Positions 37,554-51,920 of a stretch of 64,000 nt of DNA are shown piece by piece. Every line of letters begins with the position of its first letter. The first letter of the stretch is position 1. The position numbers and the translations under genes are program-made. The DNA is from Octopus sinensis (taxonomy: Eukaryota), in assembly GCF_006345805.1 (NCBI RefSeq), contig NC_043023.1, positions 11,656,001-11,720,000 of the forward strand, read 5' to 3'. A model generated the notes under the pieces. The model was not told the origin of the DNA. It was given only the letters and a program-made list of their open reading frames with translations, and made no database searches.

Positions 37554-39192
37554 CACGCTTGGGCTGACCAAAGTCTTGTGAGTGGATTTGGTAAACGGAA
37601 TTTGCAAAAAAGCCGTCTGAAAAGTATTAAAACTGTCATCCTCTAAAATATAGTCATAGGAGATTCCATTAAAAACAAAAAACAATTTCTCAGAAAGTCA
37701 GAAGAAAACAAAGTCAGCGGGGCACGTTTATGTACTTATACGCCACAGATTTTTAGTTATTCTATCAAAATTAATTAGACAGCTTTTCTCTCATTATGCA
37801 GTAATTAAATGTAAGGAACATCTACCAATTCTGAATTACCGTTAATCTACCAAATCTTTTATCTATTTACTTCATATCATATGTAACACTCTTCCGTCTT
37901 TACTCTGAAAGTTCAAATTCCATCGAGGTTCACTTTGCCTGTCATCCTTTCGAGGTCAATAAAAAGAACTAGGGTACAGGCAATAGAATTACGTCTCCCC
38001 TCCAAATTACAGGCCCTTATCGGTACTTGTCTATTGTCGTGGTCCCGGTTTCGCACACGCGAATTCGCGCGTGCCAGGTGTAGGTGCTCGATACTCGAGA
38101 TCCTACGAGGTGACTTGCGCATGCGCAGTGCAGAATTCGCGCATGCGCGTTAACCCCCCCCCCCTAAAAAAAAGGTGTTGGATTTCACTAAAAATATATA
38201 TGTGTGTGTGTGTGTGTGTATATAACATTTTCAATTTTACACAAAAAAATTACATAGTCGCTTTCCTCGCGGATTTACAGATAAATGAATTAATTACTAT
38301 TTTACAGAATAAAATTAATGAATTAATTATATAAATTAAATAATTCTTGAAAATTAATTAATATTAATAATATTTTTTGAACAAAGTAAATAATTTATAA
38401 AACTTGGTTAATAATTTTTTTACACAAACGCGAACGTATATAATTTGTGAAACTTTTTTTTTTTTTACAGACGTATATAATTTGGTAAACTTAATGAATT
38501 AATTTCTTCTCATCATCATCATCGTTTAACGTCCGTTCTCCATGCCAGCATGGGTTGGACGGTTCGACCGGGGATCTGGGAAGCCAGAAGGCTGCACCAG
38601 ACTCCAGTCTTATCTGGCAATGTTTCTACAGCTGGATGCCCTTCCTAACGCCAACCACTCCGAGAGTGTAGTGGGTGCTTTTTACATGCCACCCGCACAG
38701 GTGCCAGGCGAGGCTGGCAATGGCCACGGTCGGATTGGTGCCAGTCGAGGCGGCTCTGGCATCGGCCACGATTCGGATAGTGCTTTTTACGTACCACCAG
38801 TCCAGGGGTCCTGGCATTTGCCGGGTGTCACACTTGCCCCAACATGTCTTCGCAAGCAAAGGGGGTTGGCATGGGTGCCTGTCGTGGGATGAGGTTCGAT
38901 ATCAACTTCGCTTGCCTCAACAGGTCTTTGTGTATAAATGTATAAATTTTTCGCACTAAATTCTTTCCGTAGAATTTATCAAAAAACGCGCAAAATTATT
39001 CCGTAGAATTTATCAAATTAAAAAACGCAAAATTAATATATTTTTTGAAATTGCAAATTATTTAGAATATAAAACAAATGAAGTTAAATTTTAAAAATAA
39101 ATGTCATATACTTATACTCTGTAAGGTGCTGTGTTCACACTTCAATTTACTATTTTCTAGAAATGTTGCTTTTCTAATTGAAACAATTTTTC

Positions 39193-40086
39193 TCAATCTC
39201 CATTTAAAAGTCCATCATGTCTCTTGAGACATATCAAAATGAACAACTTTGAATTACGCGGCGGCGTAATATGACAAGGGTATGGATTCTCTCCTGTATG
39301 AACACTTTTGTGACAAGTTAAAATGCTATTTCGAGAAAACGATTTACCACAAATATCACACTGAAATGGTTTCTCCCCAGTATGAACACGTTTGTGACGA
39401 ATCAAATGGCTACTAGAAGAGAATGATTTACCACAAAAATCACAATGATATAGCTTCTCTCCTGTATGTGTAAGTTTGTGTCTAGACAAGTCTCCACTTC
39501 GAGAAAATGATTTACCACAGATATTACAGTGATATGGTTTTTCTCCAGTATGAATATGTTTGTGACAAGTCAAATAATTATTTGTAGAGAATGATTTATC
39601 ACAGATATCACAATAATATGACTTCTCACCTGTATGTGTACGTTTGTGACAAATCAAATTACTACTTTCAGAGAATGATTTACCACAGATATCACAATGA
39701 TGTGGCTTTTCTCCTGTATGTGTATATTTGTGTTTATTCAAGTCACTACTTTCAGAGAACGATTTATCACAGATATCACAATGATATGGCTTTTCTCCAG
39801 TATGAATACGTTTGTGACGAGTCAAATGTTTACTTTCAGAGAATGTTTTACCACAAAAATCACAATGATATGGCTTATCCCCTGTATGAGTACGTTTGTG
39901 TTTAGTCAAGGTACTGCTTTCAGAGAATGATTTACCACAGATATCACAATGGTATGGCTTCTCTCCTGTATGTGTACGTTTGTGTACAGTCAAGTGACCA
40001 CTTTGAGAGAATGATTTACCACAGATATCACACTGATATGGTTTCTCTACTGCATCAGGGTTTTTGCCTTTAGTAAAATGACTCAT
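39193..40086 (-). CDS. 3'-truncated C2H2 zinc-finger protein F (9 fingers plus a foreign 24-aa tail)
   Basis: ATG at 40086; the finger pattern stops at PYPCHI (39269) and continues TPPRNSK... in unrelated sequence. Confidence 0.75.
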   Translation of the reverse strand: MSHFTKGKNPDAVEKPYQCDICGKSFSQSGHLTVHKRTHTGEKPYHCDICGKSFSESSTLTKHKRTHTGDKPYHCDFCGKTFSESKHLTRHKRIHTGEKPYHCDICDKSFSESSDLNKHKYTHTGEKPHHCDICGKSFSESSNLICHKRTHTGEKSYYCDICDKSFSTNNYLTCHKHIHTGEKPYHCNICGKSFSRSGDLSRHKLTHTGEKLYHCDFCGKSFSSSSHLIRHKRVHTGEKPFQCDICGKSFSRNSILTCHKSVHTGENPYPCHITPPRNSKLFILICLKRHDGLLNGD

Positions 40087-40629
40087 TATCAGGGAATAAT
40101 TTATCGTACATACAACAATGAAAGTATCTTTTAAATTCCTATGAATATGTTTTATATAAAGAGGTTGATGTATTGATGAATGCTCCTTATAAATATATCG
40201 TCTTCCTTTAGTCAATAAAAGTTGATAAAAACATCAAACACACATCCGAATGAAGAAATTTCTTTAACGTCAACATAATGCGATATTCTGAAATAGAAAA
40301 AAAGAAGCAGTGAGATAAAGAGAATTGTTAAACGACATAGTAATTCAACATTGCAAATCTTACAACATCAACACTGTCATCCATTTAATGTCTATGCTCA
40401 CTTGGGTCGGAATTCATTGAGGCTTTGAAACATTTAAAACATTCTGTATATAGATGAATCGCTTCAACATTTCTTTAATTATTTATCTGTTTTCTCTTTT
40501 TTTTCTTTCTTTACTTTGCTTTCACTTGTTTCACCTGTGGTATGGCTTAGTTGGCAGGGTACTTACCAAACAATTTGTGAATCTTTACAACTAATTTAGG
40601 ATCTTTTCGGTTTGCAATCTCAGGGGCAC

Positions 40630-40890
40630 AGTCAGTGCAAGACCTGGGCATTTACATGAGTAATAATGCATCCTTCAATGTGTATGTTGCTAAATTGGCA
40701 AGGAAATGCAGGTGCTTGACTGGATGGATTCTTAGAACTTTTAGAACAAAAAATTAGGAAACCATGATGGTCCTCTGGAGGACACTTGTCCTAAGCCACT
40801 TTGACTATTGCTCTCAGCTATGGTCACCAATCAGTGTCAAAATAATCTCAGAACTTGAGGCAATCCAATGAAGCTACACAAAAAAGTTAG
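40630..40890 (+). mobile_element. CR1/L2-group LINE ORF2 fragment
   Basis: GWILRTF...LWRTLVLSHFDYCSQLWSP...ELEAIQ, with stop codons. Confidence 0.7.
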
Positions 40891-42073
40891 CCTTAATGTT
40901 TACTTTCATTTTAGGATTTGGTCTCAGAGTCAATATTTTTACAGATGATAACTTTAAGTTCATACTGACAGTATTGAAGTTAATGATGTCAAAGTTGACA
41001 AGGGGGGGGGAAAGACCCTAATTTTTAAAAAGACAAAATAGACTTAATTATCATCATGTAGAAGACTTTTACGGATTCCATGGACAGCGAGGCTCACCAA
41101 TGGAGAAGTTAATGAGGTACTAATTAATTGGCAAGTTGAAAAAGATTTACTTAAAGGTTATATTAATAATAGTAATGATGATGAGGGTTTTAAATGTTGG
41201 CCCAAAGCCAGAAATCTTTGATGTGAGTGAGAAGTCGAACCCATGGAACCCAATATTTCCTGAAAGGGATGAAAGGCAAAGTCGATGTCGACCGTATTTG
41301 AACCCAGGACTTTGCGCGCGAAAACGTCATTTGATTTAAATTCATTTCAGGGTCCATAAATAATAATGAAAATAAGGAACCTTTTTACTTAAGGCACAAG
41401 GTCTGTAATTTGGTGGGGAAGCGTAATTCTATTGCCTGGACCCTAGCTTTTTACTGCTTCATATTTTATTGACCCCAAAAGGATGAAAGGCAAAATGAAC
41501 CTCGGTGGAATTTGAACTTTCAGGACGGACGAGTGTTACATGTGATATGAAGTAAATAGATTAAAGATTTGGCAGATTAACGTTAATTCAAAATCGTTAC
41601 ATGTTCGTTACATTTAATTACTGCATAATGAGAGAAAAGGTGCCTAATTAATTAGTCTGGTATAAGTACAGAATCCCATTGTATATATATGTATGTATGT
41701 ATGTGTGTTTGTCCCCCCAACATCGCTTGACAACCGATGCTGGTGTGTTTACGTTCCGGTAAGTTAGCGGTTCGGCAAAAGACACCGATAGAATAAGTAC
41801 TAGGCTTACAAAGAATACGTCCTGGGGTCGATTTGCTCCACTAAAGGCGGTGCTCCAGCATGGCCACAGTCAAATGACTGAAACAAATAAAAGAGTAAAC
41901 TTAGCGGTTCGGCAAAAGGCACGGATAGAATAAGTACTAGGCTTACAAAGAATAAGTCCTGGGGTCGATCTGCTCGACTAAAGGCGGTGCTCCAGCATGG
42001 CTACAGTCAAAAAGATACTGACTCCTTTGTTCCTTAAATTATTGACGAATCGGGACAAATGTAGCCAGTCAAC

Positions 42074-42220
42074 ATCGCCATCTATTGGAGAGTTCATGAA
42101 ATACAATCGTTTAAAGGGAAATAACCTCTTCAACACTTCAACCTCGAAGCATCGAAAATATTAATCACGGTGATTAATTAGCAGTTAATTAGCCGTTGTT
42201 AATATCTGAGTAAGGTAAGT
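42074..42220 (+). promoter_or_regulatory. Putative promoter/exon-1 module of ZNF-G
   Basis: cgccatctattgg at 42076; donor aag|gtaagt at 42215. Confidence 0.55.
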
Positions 42221-42371
42221 CGGCAAACATTGACGTTAATAGTATTACTAATAACAATGTAAAATAATAGAATTATGTGAACCTCTCGGTGTGACAGTGT
42301 TTCGAAGCAGAACCGTAACATTAGGAAAATATAATTTGCTCGTCTTAATTAATAATTTCCAAATCTTAATT

Positions 42372-43646
42372 GGCATAGTTTCGGTTGTAGTAGCACAGAT
42401 TTCCGTCGATTTCCGTAAAAAACTTTTATTTTTTTACATAAGTAATGAGAGCGAAAGAGACTAAGAGGAAGCGATTTTACGACGAGAAGGTTTCACTTTG
42501 AAATCGGCCTGTGTGCGTTTGATGGGGTGTGGGAGACAGACAGTATGTTGTGTAAGTGAAGTGCTTCTGTTAGTGTGTGCGAAGAGACAGAGAGAGTAAT
42601 GTGTGAAAGAGAGAGATAACTGATTTTTTACTCGGTGTATGTGTATATGTATGTATGCATGTATGTGTGTGTGTGTGTGTATGTATCTATGTATGTGTGT
42701 GTGTTTATGTATGTATGTATGTATGTATGGCCGATTCATCGTAATTTTTTACTCGGTGTATGTCTGCATGTATGTGTGTGGGTAAGTACGTGTGGTGTGT
42801 GTGTATGTATGTATGTATGTATGTATGGCCGATTCAGTGTTACATTATTTCGAATTAAAACGAAAGATTACCTTGCGGCGCCTGTTTATGTAACAGTCTG
42901 CTATGTAGAAAATAATGAGGTTGACTCATGGAATAATGACAGTGATCGAAGATATAGACAAAATTTTTTTATTTAATCGTTATACATGCCTTGTCGACTG
43001 CTACTGTGCAGCCTTAATGTCTCTGTTGATGTGACGATGGTGATGAAAGTAAAAAGATGGAGAGTTATAAAATGAGGAGATATTCTTCTCATGAGAAAAG
43101 AGTTGCATTCAAAGGAAAAAAAAAGTTAATAGTCTATAGAGGTGCACAGAAACTGGGTGCAAGCATGCATATATATGCATGTGTAAACATTGTGTTGTGC
43201 AGCAAAAGGAACGAACAGTACAAAATGTGTAAGGAAAAGTGACAAAATCCGATTGGTAATGTTCTGTGTGAAAAGTCTATGCCGGCCATACATACATACA
43301 TACATACATAAACACACACACATACATAGATACATACACACACACACACACATACATGCATACATACATATACACATACACCGAGTAAAAAATCAGTTAT
43401 CTCTCTCTTTCACACATTACTCTCTCTGTCTCTTCGCACACACTAACAGAGAAGCACTTCACTTACACAACATACTGTCTGTCTCCCACACCCCATCAAA
43501 CGCACACAGGCCGATTTCAAAGTGAAACCTTCTCGTCGTAAAATCGCTTCCTCTTAGTCTCTTTCGCTCTCATTACTTATGTAAAAAAATAAAAGTTTTT
43601 TACGGAAATCGACGGAAATCTGATCTACGACATACGAAACATCGCC
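42372..43646. mobile_element. 1275-bp foldback element with about 360-bp TIRs and an 8-bp TSD
   Basis: Arms 42372-42733 and 43283-43646 are near-identical internally; GGC...GCC ends; TSD tcttaatt at 42364-42371 and 43647-43654. Confidence 0.9.
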
Positions 43647-44146
43647 TCTTAATTAATAATTTCCAAACTGAAATGTTGATCTGTTGTTTATGAAATCCTG
43701 AGACCGACGGTTACGTGTGATATAAAGCCAGTTATTTTATGAAAGGAGGGTAAAGCTACGCAGTTAATTTTACCTTTGCTTTAAGGTTATATTAATTATA
43801 GGAATGATTTTGAACTTTGACCCAGGGTCAGCGATCTTTGATGCGAGCGGAATGTCGATTAAAGGGAGCCCAGAATTCCTTGAATGGAAAAAGCGACAAG
43901 GTCGACCTCGGCCGATTTTTGAAGTCAGGATTTACCGCCGAGGTCGTCTTCGACTTAGAATACTATCTGGGTTAATAAAATGACGATGAGAATAATATTT
44001 TGTACTTTAGGCCCACGATCTGAGATTTGGCGGGTAGGCGTAAGTCTGTGTCATGGACTCGGGTGCTCTACTGCTTTTTATTTTATCAATTCCGAAAGGA
44101 GAAAGGGCAAAGACAATCTCGATGAAGTTTGAACTGTAAGAGTGTG

Positions 44147-44313
44147 GGTACTACTTAAGAAGAGTGGTCCCGGGGCGCGCATCCGCGCTAAATAGTCGTG
44201 ACTAGTCGATCGTTGATTTGTGTTTTATTTACTTTGTTTAAAAAATTTTTTTCTTTGTGTAAAAAAATTATTTTGCGTTTTATTTACTTTGCTGGGTAGT
44301 CGTTGTAGGATCG
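44147..44313. mobile_element. Partial GGTAC-family MITE (other partial arms at 38022-38160 and 49040-49260)
   Basis: One TIR (ggtactacttaagaagagtggtcccgg) plus internal sequence; no partner end. Confidence 0.65.
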
Positions 44314-45239
44314 GATTTTGACTTTGACCCAGGGCCAGCGAACTTTGATGCAAGCGGAATGTCGTTTAAAGGGAACCCGGAATTTCTGAAGTCAGTGTGT
44401 GTGTATGCGTCTCTGTATCTGTGCGTGTATGTGTGTGCCTGTTCTGTTCTTATGTATGTGTGGAATATAGATATAACGAAATTATGCCAGCAGAAAGCCT
44501 TGCATATTTCTTCTTACCTGTTTCATTTGTGTATGTAGAATCCGCAAATTTCCAGCAGAAAACAGAATCTAAATTTATGCATCGCTAGTCCATGTTTTTT
44601 TAAAAACCCACTAAAGGGGAGAAAAGGAGGGGATATACAAAGAATTTCATGAATTTCATAAAAAACATTCTTGTGTTTTGGTTTTGTCGAGCTAAAACGA
44701 AGGAACGCCTTTATACATATACATACATATTACATATATATATATATATATATATATGAGTGTGCGTGTGTATGTATATATACATATATATATATTCTGG
44801 TTTTTTATTTAATTTTCATCTGTCTTGCCCGCATTTTGTTCTGGTGTCCGCTGAATTTTCTTCTGGAGAACATTCTTTTCTTAGTAGATTGATCGTAGGT
44901 GATCTACTTCTAGCATACGGCCGACCACCTAGTGGTTTACCCTTTAAATATACATATATATATTTCTTCACTAGCCACATGGGGCTAAACATAGAGGGGA
45001 CAAACAAGGACAGACAAAGGGATTAAGTTAATTACATCGACCCCAGTGCGTAACTGGTACTTAATTTATCGACACCGAAAGGTTAAAAGGCAAAGTCGAC
45101 CTCGGCGGAATTTGAACCCAGAACACTTAACGGCAGACGAAATACGGCTACGCATTTCGTCCGGTGTGCTAACGCTTGTGGCAGCTCGCCGCCCTTTTTA
45201 AATATATATATATATATGTGTATATATTTTTTTTTTTAC

Positions 45240-45620
45240 TTATTTCAGTCATTTGATTGTGGCCATGCTGGAGCACCGTCTTTCAGTCGAGCAAATCGAC
45301 CACCAGGACTTTGTAAGCCTAGTACTTATTCTATCGGTCTCTTTTGCCGAACCGCTAAGTAACGGGGACGTAAACATACCAGCATCGGTTGTCAAGCGAT
45401 TTTAGGGGGACAAACACACTCACACACATATATATATATATATATAATATATATATACGATAGGCTTCTTTCAGTTTTCGTCGACCAAATCCACTCACAA
45501 GGCTTTGGTCGGCCCGAAGCTCTAGTAGAAGACACTTTGCCAAGGTGTCACGCAGTGGGACTGAACACGGAACCGTCTGGTTCGTAAACAGGCTACTTAC
45601 CACACAACCACTCCTGCGCC
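45240..45620 (-). mobile_element. SINE family S2, full-length copy (others at 1-265, 22873-23035, 31020-31380 -, 41690-42010, 49272-49935, 62050-62165 -)
   Basis: Head gcaggagtggttgtgtggtaag, core accaaagccttgtgagtggatttgg, central TA tract, 3' gctccagcatggcc...gactgaaa. Confidence 0.85.
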
Positions 45621-46013
45621 TAGATATGTATATCTTTTTGGGGTCCGATAAATTAAGTACCAGTTGTGTACTGTGGTCAATCTGATTGACTAGCCCCGTC
45701 TCCAAGAATTTTTGGGCCTTGTACCTAGAGTAGGAAAAAATATTTCCAATGTTGAATCACTGTATCTTTTAACTATCCTCTTTATCTCACTGGCTCTTTT
45801 TTTCTGTTTCAGAATATTACATCCTGTTGACATAAAAGAAATTACTTCATTCAGACGTGCCTTTGATATTTTTATCAACTTTTATTGACTACAGGAAGAC
45901 GATATATTTATAAGGAGCATTCATCAATACATCAACCTCTTTATATAAAACATATTCATAGGAATTTAAGAGACACTTTAATTGTTGCATGTTCGATAAA
46001 TTATTCTCTGATA

Positions 46014-47205
<1,192 letters not shown>

Positions 47206-47980
47206 CATTCCAATACCTGTGGTAATTATTTTTGGGGAAATGGTGTTTTAAGAACTTCTCCATTGGTGAGCCTCGCTGTCCATGGAATCCATGAAAGTCT
47301 TCTACATGATGACAATTAAGTCTATTTTGTCTTTTAAAAAATTAGGGTCTCCCCCCCCCCCTTGTCAACTTTGACATCATTAACTTCAATACTGTCAGTA
47401 TGAACCTAAAGTTATCATCTGTAAAAATATTGACTCTGAGACGACTTGATTACTGAAAATGCCTGTGGTTGTATTTTGAGGAATTTGTTAATAAGGAACA
47501 ACGAATAAAATGTTAGACTAACCATTTTGTGTTTGTTTTGTTACTCTATATCGAAACACTGTCTCCTCTATACCTTAAATCTTTTCACTGGCACAAAGTC
47601 ACACCCTTTCAAAACTTCTTTTCTACCCCCACAGTTGTGGGGGTTTTTTGTCTTCCAACGTACTTGGCGTCCCTGTTGGTGGTGGTACCACATAAAAACA
47701 AATTATGATGTTGCCAAATATACAGGCCTTGAGCTGGTATCACCCAAAGAGCACAAATGCCAGTCTCATATACAACACATAGGTGCTGGAGCCACATATA
47801 AGGCACTTGTGCTGGAGCCACGTATAAAGTACTGGTGCTTTTACCATGTAATAAGCACTAGTGATGGTGCTATGGAAAAAGTGCAGGGGCTGGAGCCATT
47901 GAAAGAGCCCTGGTGCTGGGGCTATGTAAAAAGTACTGCTGTTGGTGTGACATGCAAAGTACTGATACTGTCCCACTTAA

Positions 47981-48472
47981 ACCTTCCATTACTGTATTTA
48001 TTTTGAGGTGCTCTGTGTTTCTTCCAGTTACTTTAAATATAGCCAGCCTCGCCTGGCCCCCGTGCTGGTGGCATGTAAAAAGCACCATCCAATCATGGCC
48101 GTTGCCAGCCCCGTCTGGCACCTGTGCTGGTGGCATGTAAACAGCACCCACTACACTCACGGAGTGGTTGGCGTTAGGAAGGGCATCCAGTCGTAGAAAC
48201 ATTGCCAGATCAGACTGGGCCTGGTGCAGCCTTCTGTCTTCCCAGACCACAGTCGAACCGTCCGACCCATGCTAGCATGGAAAGCGGGCGCTAAATGATG
48301 ATGATGATGATAGCAAGGAATTTAGTAAAATAACTTAGTTATTATTTAGCTAATGTTAGGAACATAAATTGTGACTAAGATTTAATGGAAGATTTTAATT
48401 CAAAACTTGTGAAAACAAAACATTTGTACTACAGAGCCATAGGCGGTTTCAGCCGGTTTGGTAACAAAAGGG
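47981..48472. mobile_element. piggyBac-like MITE carrying a nested LINE 3'UTR (48044-48312); partial reverse copy at 13324-13510
   Basis: ttaa|accttcc ... ggtaacaaaaggg|tcaa; the two halves rejoin across the insertion. Confidence 0.65.
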
Positions 48473-48555
48473 TCAAAAAGCAATGGTAATGACACAACAC
48501 AAGCCCAGCTCATAGTATCACCTAAAAAGGGCAGGTACAAATGTAGCCAGTCAGC

Positions 48556-48702
48556 AGAGCCATCTATTGGAGAATTGATGAAATACAATCGTTTAAAGGG
48601 AAATAACCTCTTCAGCACTTGAACCACGAAGCATCGAAAATATTAATCACGGTGATTAATTAGCAGTTAATTAGTCGTTGTTAATATCTGAATACAGTAA
48701 TT
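48556..48702 (+). promoter_or_regulatory. Extra copy of the promoter/exon-1 module with a weakened donor
   Basis: gccatctattgg at 48559; the homologous donor reads aca|gtaatt at 48697; no ZNF acceptor until 62962. Confidence 0.45.
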
Positions 48703-49686
48703 CGGCAAACATTGACGTTAATAATATTACTAATAACCCTAACCCTAACAACAGGACAGCATTAATATACTTCAATCGGTCAACTCTCGACAGCTAAATA
48801 CCCTGACAGGGCCTCATTACTCTCATTTTACTAATTAATTTCCTTTATACCACGTGTAATTGTGGATTATAGGTTCCCATAAACAACAGATCATTTCAAT
48901 TTGGAAGTTATTAATTAAGACGAGCAAATATAATTTCCTAATTGTTGTCAGGTTCCCGCTTCGAAATAATTACTCCAACATCGAGAGAAGTTCACAGAAA
49001 TCTATTATTTATATTATTATTAAGGTACTATTTCAGAAGGGTTCTACTTAAGTGGAATTGTCTCTGTGCTCGCACTCACGTAGTCGCGCATCCGTGCTGA
49101 CTAGTCGATCCTACAACGACTACCCAGCAAAGTAAACAAAACACAAAATAAATAATTTTTTTACACAAAGTAAATAATTTTTGTTAAACAAAGTAAATAA
49201 AACACAAAAACATAAAATAAATAATTTTATTAAACCATAAATAATTTTATCAAATTTTATTAAGCAAAGGTGCAGGAGTGGCTGTGTGGTAAGTGGCGTG
49301 CTTACGAACCACATGGTTCCGGGTTCAGTCCCACTGCATGGCACCTAGGGCAAGTGTCTTCTACTATAGCCTCGGGCCAACCAATGCCTTGTAAGTGGAT
49401 TTGGTAGACGAAAACTGAAAGAAACCTGTCGTATCTTATATTAAACTTTTTAATACTGTAAAAAAAAAAAAAAATTAAATATATATATGTACAAAAATTT
49501 ATAAGTATAAATTAATAATTTAAATAATTTTTAAAATTTTAACTTTAAATCTAAATTTAAATAATTTAAATTTTGAATTTTATATTATATATATTTTGTA
49601 TATTATATTAATTAATTATATTTCTATGTATTTGTTTATGTTTTTCACTGTTTGATTTTCCTAATAGTGGTTTTATCTCTAATTTA

Positions 49687-49719
<33 letters not shown>

Positions 49720-50894
49720 CATGTGTGTCTTTGTTTGTCCCCCCAACATCGCTTGACAACCAATGCTGGTGTGTTTACGTCCCCGTTACTTAGCGGTTCG
49801 GCAAAAAGACACCGATAGAATAAGTACTAGGCTTACAAAGAATAAGTCCTGGGGTCGATTTGCTCGACTAAAAAAGGTGGTGCTCCAGCATGGCCGCAGT
49901 CAAATGACTGAAACAAGTAAAAGAGTAAAGAGTAAGAGTACACACATATATGCACACTCACATACACGCATCTGTGTTTGTTTGTATGTGTGTGATTTCG
50001 TCAATTCTCTTGCATTTGCTGGGTTTGTAATCAATGCTTTTCCCAGCGATGTCATTTGCTTGATGTCCACCACAAATGCATGTCTGGGCTTCTCGATGTG
50101 TTGCACAATCTTAGTAAACAAAAGGCTCATTTATACAGCGTCATTTGTTAGCACGCCGGGCAAAATGCGTAGCCGTATTTCGTCTGTTGTTTCGTCCCGA
50201 GTTCAAATTCCGCCGAGGTCGACTTTGCCTTTCATCCTTTCGGGGTCGATTAAATAAGTACCAGTTACGCACTGGGGTCGATATAATCGACTTAATCCGT
50301 TTGTCTCTCTATGTTTAGCCCCTTGTGGGTAGTAAAGAATTTGCCTTTCATCCTTTCAGGGTCAATTAAATAAGTACCAGTTGGAAAAGTGGACGTTAGA
50401 ATGTTGTTGATGATGACGATTGATGATTGATTGACGATGATTGATGTTCGATGATGATGGTGATTAATGATGATTGATGATTGATGCTGATGGTTGATGA
50501 TTGATGCTGACGATTGATGATTGATGGTAATTGAGTTGTATAATTATTAAGGATCCGACAGGCTGCAGGACTTTGACAAGATCCAATGACTGAGGAGAGG
50601 GAGAGATAACTGAAGGGAGAGAAAGGCTGTAACCAGTGAAGACAGTGCAGGAAGGGAAGAGGACATAATGGAAATAAGGGATGGGGTTGTTCTGGCAGGG
50701 TGGGGGAAATAAACGGTAATGGAAAGAAAATGGCAAGGAGTAATATGTGACGATTCTGGTTCCAAATGAATACAACCCCTGAGTAGTGCCATAGACAGAT
50801 GAGTGATGGAGAACTGGATGTTAAGGGAAAAAGATGTGGGGAAAGCTTGAGGAGGAAGAAGAATGGCTTACAAGCATAAACAAAATGCATTTTG

Positions 50895-51920
50895 GACATC
50901 ATCTTTTACGGGGATGGACGAGTCTTCTCAATCACTGTGCTTTGTCAATCATCTCAGTCTTTTGTCATCTTTTCAAGTCCAGCATCTTGAGTTCAGCCTT
51001 CACCACTTTATCCCATGTCTTCCTGGGTCTCCCTCTTCAACAAGTTCCATCCACTTAAAGCACTTCTTTAAACAGCTGCCCTCATCCTTATGCATCACAT
51101 CACCAAACCATTGCAGTCTTCTTTTCTGTAGCCTTCATCTGTTTCCTCTTTTGCCTAATTTTTCTCTTGATACTTTAACACTTTCTTTTGTATGTACACT
51201 GTGGAAGCACATGGCCTAGTGGTTAGAGCAGCAGACACGCGGTCAAGGGATCGCTGGTTCGAATCTCAGACCGGCTCCGGCAGAAGGTAATGGCGAAACT
51301 TCTGCTGATTCTTTCGCCACAACTTTCTCTCACTCTTTCCTCCTGCACCTTGCAGCTCACTTGTGATGGACCGGCGTCCCGTCCAGGTGGGGAACCTATA
51401 CGCCAAGAAACCGAGAGACTGGCCCTTATGAGCCAGGCAAGGCTCGAGAAGGAACAAACAAGTATGTACACTGGCATTGCACATCCAAAGGAACATACTA
51501 GCTTTATTCCTCTCTATTCTTTACACATCCTCTGCATTTAGGGCCCATCTCTCACTATCATGTAGCTTTGCTGTTCATACATGAACATCATACAATGTGC
51601 ATTTCATTCTGAGAGAACTTAAGTTGCCCAAGCTGCTTGCTTCTTCAGAGACGACCGTATCATGTCAAAAGCTTTCTGCAGGTCAACGAATACCAATTGC
51701 AATGGTTTACTATTAGCTAAATACATCTCTTGCAGTTGTTTTACTCAGTAGATGGCAGCAGTAGTCCTTCTTCCTGGCAGAAAATCAAACTGCATCTCAT
51801 CTAGTCTAATTCTGTTTCTAATTAATTATAACTTTCTTGACCTGGTCAATCAATTTTAAGGCCTCTCCTTTATGCTTGTAACATCTGACTACAACTTGAT
51901 TTCCTTCTCAAGCCTTCTCA
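50895..51920 (-). mobile_element. Decayed RTE-X-like LINE fragments interrupted by a SINE
   Basis: Minus-strand frames: LDEMQFDFLPGRRTT...VFVDLQKAFD and RRLQWFG...RGRPRKTWDKVVK. Confidence 0.8.
51201..51461 (+). mobile_element. tRNA-derived SINE with an 11-bp TSD
   Basis: A box tggcctagtgg and B box ggttcgaatct; TSD gtatgtacact at 51190-51200 and 51462-51472. Confidence 0.9.

Noticed and set aside
45885-46013. N-terminal extension [13 protein letters not shown] in F, G and H as an effector domain
   Set aside because: Starts at TTG with an in-frame TGA just upstream; it was created by a UTR deletion; no KRAB, BTB or ZAD motif.
47527-48006. 159-aa ORF
   Set aside because: Crosses decayed gtgctggagccac-type repeats and a MITE; starts at TTG; no domain signal.
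51201-51275. tRNA gene
   Set aside because: A and B boxes are present, but there is no convincing cloverleaf or poly-T terminator; it has a TSD and a SINE body.
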